From Desulfobacterales bacterium (lineage in GTDB: Bacteria > Desulfobacterota > Desulfobacteria > Desulfobacterales > C00003060), in assembly GCA_030668505.1 (NCBI GenBank), contig DAOUTV010000001.1, forward strand, positions 1 to 29,061: a stretch of DNA of 29,061 bases. The letters run 5' to 3'. The stretch's first letter is position 1, and every line of letters starts with the position of its first letter. A program made the position numbers and the translations under genes. Positions 24,316-29,061 of the stretch are shown piece after piece. Below the pieces are notes generated by a model that saw only the letters and a list, made by a program, of their open reading frames with translations, searched no databases and was not told the DNA's origin.

Positions 24316-25413
24316 ATGAAAACCACACTTAGCATCATCAAAGCCGACATTGGCAGTGTGGGAGGGCACATTGCCCCCAGCGGGCAATTGTTTTCTGTTG
24401 TGAAAGAGTACGTAGAAGACGCCTCCCGTGGGATTGTTAATGACGCATTTATCTCTAGCACTGGGGATGACATTGCGCTGCTGATCTCCCACCAAAAGGG
24501 CGTTTTGAACGAACAGGTCCATAAGCTGGCATGGGATGCATTTCTGGAAGGGACCAAGAGGGCTAAGCAACAAGGCCTGTACGGTGCCGGCCAGGATCTG
24601 CTGAAGGATGCCTTTGCGGGTAATGTAAAGGGGATGGGGCCCGCAGTTGCCGAGATTGAGTTTGAAGAGCGTCCTGCCGAGCCCTTCCTGATGTTTGCCG
24701 CTGACAAAACCGATCCGGGCGCCTATAACCTGCCTATCTACTTGGCTTTTGCGGACCCAATGTACAATTCGGGCTTGATCCTGGCACCAAAAATGGAAAA
24801 AGGTTTCAAGTTTACCATAATGGATGTTTCCTATACCGAAGGTGACAGGATTATCGAGTTGAATACACCGGAAAACATCTACGATATTGCTGCTCTTCTG
24901 AGGGATAATCAGCGCTTTGTAGTCGAATCGATTCATTCCCGTGAAGATGGGGAACAAGTCGTTTCTGTGAGCACGACACGCCTTCATAATATTGCGGGAA
25001 AATACACGGGTAAGGACGATCCGGTGATGCTGGTGCGTGTGCAGGGCTCCTTTCCAGCAACTGGCGAAGTGCTTGCGCCCTTCAACATATGTCACTATGT
25101 GGCTGGATTCATGCGCGGAAGCCATACAGGTCCCCTGATGCCTGTAAAGCGCAACAGCACTATATCTTTTTTTGATGGTCCACCTATTGTCTCCTGTATG
25201 GCGTTTTGCGTGCACAACGGAAAGTTAACGCATCCTGCCGACGCCTTTGACCACCCGTTCTGGGATTATGTGCGCGACAAGGCCTCCCGTAAGGCCTATG
25301 AGATAAGGGAACAGGGCTTTTCGGGAGCGGCCATGCTTCCTTACTCTGAGCTCGAATATGGCGGGATCGTAAAAAAGATGGAGAGGCTTGAACCCGAGTT
25401 TAAAGTTCGATAG
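24316..25413 (+). CDS. fbp: Bifunctional fructose-1,6-bisphosphate aldolase/phosphatase (class V FBPase)
   Basis: GGAGG RBS; SIIKADIGSVGGH, GDDIAL, YGAGQDLL, GNVKGMGP, ADKTDPGAYN, GKYTGKDDP, AGFMRGSH.GPLMP and EYGG. Confidence 0.97.
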   Translation: MKTTLSIIKADIGSVGGHIAPSGQLFSVVKEYVEDASRGIVNDAFISSTGDDIALLISHQKGVLNEQVHKLAWDAFLEGTKRAKQQGLYGAGQDLLKDAFAGNVKGMGPAVAEIEFEERPAEPFLMFAADKTDPGAYNLPIYLAFADPMYNSGLILAPKMEKGFKFTIMDVSYTEGDRIIELNTPENIYDIAALLRDNQRFVVESIHSREDGEQVVSVSTTRLHNIAGKYTGKDDPVMLVRVQGSFPATGEVLAPFNICHYVAGFMRGSHTGPLMPVKRNSTISFFDGPPIVSCMAFCVHNGKLTHPADAFDHPFWDYVRDKASRKAYEIREQGFSGAAMLPYSELEYGGIVKKMERLEPEFKVR

Positions 25414-25458
25414 TAATGAGTTTCCTTAAGCTAAACCTTTACCAATTGTAAACGAACT

Positions 25459-26004
25459 ATGATGAGCGAAGAAGTAGACTATTTCAAGGATAAGCTGAAT
25501 AAACTAAATCAAAAACACGCGATTTGGGGTGGCTGCATCTTACTCGCAGTTCTTGTCGGATTGGGATATTTCTGGATCTCTAGACCTGTCATTGTCATGG
25601 ATGCCGGCCAAGCAGGCATTCATGTTAAGAATAATGGTGGCATGGATGCGCTCATTCACAAAATAGACGGGTTTTGGTATTGGGCCGGCCGTGTAGCATT
25701 ATTGACCAATATGCCTGACATCCGGCAGAGGGTTGGGCCGGGGACAGCTCCGGTCCGATTGCAGATTCCAGATATGCCCATCCCAGGTAAACAAGCTACT
25801 CAAACAAGCGCTTGCTTTATGAAGCTTGAGGTACACTATAGGATTCCCGGTATTCCCATATTCAGATATACTACACCTCTGTACTTTGAGTATGATGCAG
25901 ACCGTAAAATATGGACGGCAACAGAGAACATCCCTGCCAAGCATAGGTCCCTCGGAAAGCTTGCGGTGGGCAATATCGGCAAAATTGAGCTAAACTTTCA
26001 TTAA
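25459..26004 (+). CDS. Hypothetical protein with a single N-terminal TM anchor (181 aa)
   Basis: Long ORF filling the gap on the same strand as its neighbours; hydrophobic stretch IWGGCILLAVLVGLGYFWI. No family recognised. Confidence 0.7.
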   Translation: MMSEEVDYFKDKLNKLNQKHAIWGGCILLAVLVGLGYFWISRPVIVMDAGQAGIHVKNNGGMDALIHKIDGFWYWAGRVALLTNMPDIRQRVGPGTAPVRLQIPDMPIPGKQATQTSACFMKLEVHYRIPGIPIFRYTTPLYFEYDADRKIWTATENIPAKHRSLGKLAVGNIGKIELNFH

Positions 26005-26128
26005 GGACTTGCGTAAAGATAACTTCGCAGACACGAAGTGCCTCTTCTCAAGCCGTAAGGCGCAACCATTGCGCTATTGGCGCTCAGATTTGTGTTAAAT
26101 GGTAAGTTGTTTTCGCGCGAGCCCTAAG
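26001..26128. mobile_element. Family B MITE-like element, copy 2 (shorter, opposite orientation)
   Basis: Ends TTAAGGACTTGCGTAAAGATAACTT / AAGTTGTTTTCGCGCGAGCCCTAAG. Shares TTGGCGCTCAGATTTG.GTTA with the reverse complement of copy 1. Confidence 0.7.
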
Positions 26129-26129
26129 T

Positions 26130-27254
26130 GTGTATATGGAGACAGGAGACAAGTTCGACATGGACGAAGACCCTGGTTGCAAGATGGCCGAACAGCCGTC
26201 CACCCAGATGATATTCAGGTATTTTCTTGTCATATTCCTAATTACCATCTTCTTTGTAGGTAAGCTTCTGTGGCCCTTTTTTTCCATCTTAGTGCTTGCG
26301 TTTGTCCTAACTGGCACCTTTTATCCGGTGTACCGTTTCCTGGCTAAGAAGATGCGGCCAGTGCTGGCTTCCTTGATCACGTGTGCGATCATATTCTTAG
26401 TGGTTTTTGTACCTCTGGTGTTTTTGATAGGTGCCCTTTCCAAGGAAGCATATGGCCTGTATCTCATGGGCACCAACGCTGCCACAAACCAAGATCTTAA
26501 GGAACTCTTTCAGAACAGCCACATTATGGAACGTATCGAAGGATTTCTTGCAAATTATGACATCAAGCTTGGCGCCGAACACCTCAACAAAGGCTTGTCT
26601 GAACTTGGGCGGACCGTTGGCCTGTTTCTCTACGAGCAAGCGAGCGCTATTGCCTCAAACGTTTTGAAGTTTCTCGTTAACTTCGCACTGATGCTGTTGA
26701 TTATCTTCTTCTTGTTGATCGATGGCAAGAAGCTTATTAGCTTCCTCATAGAACTTTCTCCGCTTCCTGAGGATCAAGACAGGAAACTCATGGGTAAATT
26801 TCACGAGATGGCCTCGGTCGTTCTCATCGTAAACGGAATATCCGGGCTGATTCAAGGATGTCTGGGTGGTGTTATTTTTGCTGTCTTTGGCTTAAGTTCG
26901 CCTCTTCTTTGGGGGTCTATCATGGCCATTCTGGCCTTCTTCCCTATTATTGGTATCGCTCTTGTCTTTATCCCTGCCTCTGCATTTCTTCTCTTAAAGG
27001 GTAGAATAGGGGCATGTATCTTCTTCGTAATTTTCTATGTAGTTATTTCATCTGTCATAGAATACGTGATCAAACCAAAGCTTGTGGGAGATAAGGTGAG
27101 AATTCACACGCTTTTGGTCTTTATTTCCGTTCTGGGAGGACTAAAGGTATTCGGGATTCTTGGAATCATCTATGGTCCCCTGGTAATCACCGCGTTCTTG
27201 ACCCTAACTGACATCTATCGCTCAACTTATGAGACGTACATAAGAAAGGTTTAG
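26130..27254 (+). CDS. AI-2E family (PerM/UPF0118) transporter
   Basis: Multi-pass membrane protein with FFLLIDG, QGCLGG, AILAFFPIIG, IKPKLVG and SVLGGLKVFGILGIIYGPLV. True start may be ATG 26160 or 26184. Confidence 0.92.
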   Translation: MYMETGDKFDMDEDPGCKMAEQPSTQMIFRYFLVIFLITIFFVGKLLWPFFSILVLAFVLTGTFYPVYRFLAKKMRPVLASLITCAIIFLVVFVPLVFLIGALSKEAYGLYLMGTNAATNQDLKELFQNSHIMERIEGFLANYDIKLGAEHLNKGLSELGRTVGLFLYEQASAIASNVLKFLVNFALMLLIIFFLLIDGKKLISFLIELSPLPEDQDRKLMGKFHEMASVVLIVNGISGLIQGCLGGVIFAVFGLSSPLLWGSIMAILAFFPIIGIALVFIPASAFLLLKGRIGACIFFVIFYVVISSVIEYVIKPKLVGDKVRIHTLLVFISVLGGLKVFGILGIIYGPLVITAFLTLTDIYRSTYETYIRKV

Positions 27255-27285
27255 CGCGTGCCGCCAAAGACGGAGAGTCAAAAGC

Positions 27286-27317
27286 AAATGACCCCGCCTC
27301 CTGGATCGGGGTCATTT
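27286..27317. terminator. Hairpin between convergent genes, probable bidirectional terminator
   Basis: AAATGACCCCG-N10-CGGGGTCATTT, a perfect 11-bp stem. Confidence 0.65.
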
Positions 27318-27354
27318 AGTTGGATAGTCACTCACAATAAGTTTCCTGAAAGAC

Positions 27355-29061
27355 CTACAGTTGCTCACCACCCGTGAGTGGCCTGCCATGGATCCTTAAG
27401 AAGCAACCCAGCATGAATAGCGCCGGCAGAAGTCCGTATAGAATCTTCGTAACCAAAGTCACTTTTATGAGGACATAGCTAATGCCTACCAGGGGCATAA
27501 GTGCCAGACGGACAATGGGCTTACACCAGGTATGGATGTTGATGAGATCTGCCCAGAATGGACCGTGCCGGTAATACATCCTGACAAACCATCTGCCTGG
27601 CGTGTTTGTGAGCAGGCACTGATCTCGAAAATCTCTCAAAAGTTTTACATGTGGTTCTGCATATGATCCAAAGGCTGCAGTGGCAATAAAACATCCACCG
27701 CCGCTACTACTTCCGTCGTCACCACCTGATCTAATGTTTTCGTCCGTTGCAACCACTTCGGTTTCTTCGACAAGAGCGCCTGGGTCTACGATTACGCCAT
27801 TGGCTACGGCATCGCTGTCGCCAAAGCCGCCATCCACAACTTCCAGGGTAACAGATCGGCCATCGTCGTTGAAGATCGTATGCTCCGTCCAGTCCTGCCA
27901 ACCGCTGATTGTGTCATATTTGTAAAACTCCCTAGCTTTTGAAATACTCTCTGAGAAATAGACTCTCACTGTGGCTTTGGCTCCGGGCTCATTTACACTT
28001 AAGCGATAAGAGAAAAGTCCAAGTAAGAATTTCTGGGGCCTCATTATTTTTTCTGAAATAGTTGACGGATCAATCGTCTCCAAGGCTTCTATGGCGTTGA
28101 TGGAATCAGAGATCTTGCAAAGTCCGATGGTTACATTGTCAACGCTTGAATGTATACATTTGATAACCTCAGGTTGATCGTTGTCAGCAATACCGTCTCC
28201 GTTGAGGTCAACGTCATCACCAACCTCCTGATCATCAGGGATGCCATCTGCATCAACATCGTTGAAGTCTGATGTAGTCGTAGTAAACTCAATGGTGTCT
28301 GACCATCCTGAGGACTCAGAGTAGGCGTCGTAAAATTGAACACGCACATAGTATGTAGTGCCTGTCTCCATCACCGTGTGGGGAACCGGCAGTTTTGTTA
28401 GGTGCTCAGTGCTATTTACATCAAGTATAAGAGAAGAGAAATCCTCTTTCTTGCTGATATGCCATAGGCTTTGACTTTGAGAGTCACCATCCGGATCAGA
28501 GAAAGGTTCTGTAGTGATGTTAGTCAGCAACTCGCACTCCGTCTGGCCATAGTAGGGAGACATGACCTGAGGCCTTCTCGGGGGGAGATTCGACTGTGGA
28601 ATATCAGTGATTGTCACTACCTTCTCAGCTGTTTTTGTCACATCTCCATATGTGTAGCTAGCCGTGATAGTAACGGTCTCGTCGCTCATCACCTCGGAGG
28701 TAAAAAGGGCCCCGATGCTATTCATGGTGGCAAAGGAAGAGTCTTCGGACCAGGTGACACTTTCTGTGATGGTCTCGGTGGTCCCGTCGCTGAATGTGGC
28801 AGTGGCTGTGTAGTTAGAGGTGGCATTTTCATTCATCGAACTTTCTCCAGTGATAGAAACACTGTTGAGAGTTGGGGGCTCATACACCCAGGAGACGTTC
28901 ACGATACATGGGTCAGTTGCTTGCAGGCCGCCGTTGTCTATGACGGTCAACAGGAAGGTGAGCGTTTCACCGTCTGCGTCAACGTCCGGTGCTGTGTAAC
29001 TCGGCATTGCTGAGGCGGCATCAGACAGGGTTACAGGTATACCTGCTGTTTGACTCCACAG
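27355..29061 (-). CDS. Large surface protein, C-terminal part: PKD-like, Ig-like, Fn3-like, Asp-rich Ca-binding repeats, choice-of-anchor U-like, CFI-box-CTERM (5' truncated)
   Basis: Frame is open to the window end (LWSQTAG.PVTLSDA...TFLLTV.DNGG). Contains YYVRVQF...[37 protein letters not shown], a Gly/Ser linker and [13 protein letters not shown]...LRDFRD...YY followed by TM segments. Confidence 0.9.
   Translation of the reverse strand: MWSQTAGIPVTLSDAASAMPSYTAPDVDADGETLTFLLTVIDNGGLQATDPCIVNVSWVYEPPTLNSVSITGESSMNENATSNYTATATFSDGTTETITESVTWSEDSSFATMNSIGALFTSEVMSDETVTITASYTYGDVTKTAEKVVTITDIPQSNLPPRRPQVMSPYYGQTECELLTNITTEPFSDPDGDSQSQSLWHISKKEDFSSLILDVNSTEHLTKLPVPHTVMETGTTYYVRVQFYDAYSESSGWSDTIEFTTTTSDFNDVDADGIPDDQEVGDDVDLNGDGIADNDQPEVIKCIHSSVDNVTIGLCKISDSINAIEALETIDPSTISEKIMRPQKFLLGLFSYRLSVNEPGAKATVRVYFSESISKAREFYKYDTISGWQDWTEHTIFNDDGRSVTLEVVDGGFGDSDAVANGVIVDPGALVEETEVVATDENIRSGGDDGSSSGGGCFIATAAFGSYAEPHVKLLRDFRDQCLLTNTPGRWFVRMYYRHGPFWADLINIHTWCKPIVRLALMPLVGISYVLIKVTLVTKILYGLLPALFMLGCFLRIHGRPLTGGEQL

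Noticed and set aside
24241-25215. 324-aa minus-strand ORF
   Set aside because: Antisense shadow of fbp with no recognisable motifs.
28471-29013. 180-aa plus-strand ORF (also 27680-27925 and 28131-28349)
   Set aside because: Lie on or opposite the well-supported surface-protein gene, with no motifs.
1-29061. Selenocysteine or pyrrolysine read-through, tRNA/rRNA genes, transposases, prophage genes
   Set aside because: No in-frame TGA/TAG splitting a recognisable domain and no such genes seen by eye; tRNAscan/Infernal were not run.

Overview
Bacterial chromosomal window. Gene content and repeat types suggest a sulfate-reducer-like Desulfobacterota (deltaproteobacterial) genome; this is an inference. 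From left to right: (1) a housekeeping block with the 3' end of dnaE, a UPF0280/ApbE-like gene, a HIT hydrolase, a LapA-like protein, mutS, an amidase and fxsA; (2) malQ, an atypical TrpF-like barrel and a 118-aa hypothetical; (3) a roughly 9 kb chemosensory cluster, probably sigma54-driven: STAS, cheY, cheA, tetraheme cytochrome c, heme-c/PAS chemoreceptor, cheW, [no cheR], cheD, cheB, REC-GGDEF, followed by a SAM methyltransferase and a lone receiver; (4) the FBP aldolase/phosphatase gene, a hypothetical protein, an AI-2E transporter and the 3' end of a CFI-box-CTERM surface protein. The best candidate for an undescribed system is the chemosensory cluster. It pairs a heme-based input (periplasmic tetraheme cytochrome plus heme-c receptor) with a diguanylate cyclase output, and its CheA carries two tandem MshEN-like c-di-GMP-binding motifs, suggesting a feedback loop. 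Intergenic DNA holds at least four families of small palindromic or MITE-like elements, some nested inside each other. No rRNA, tRNA, CRISPR array or transposase was seen. All family calls come from motif recognition by eye; no database searches were run.
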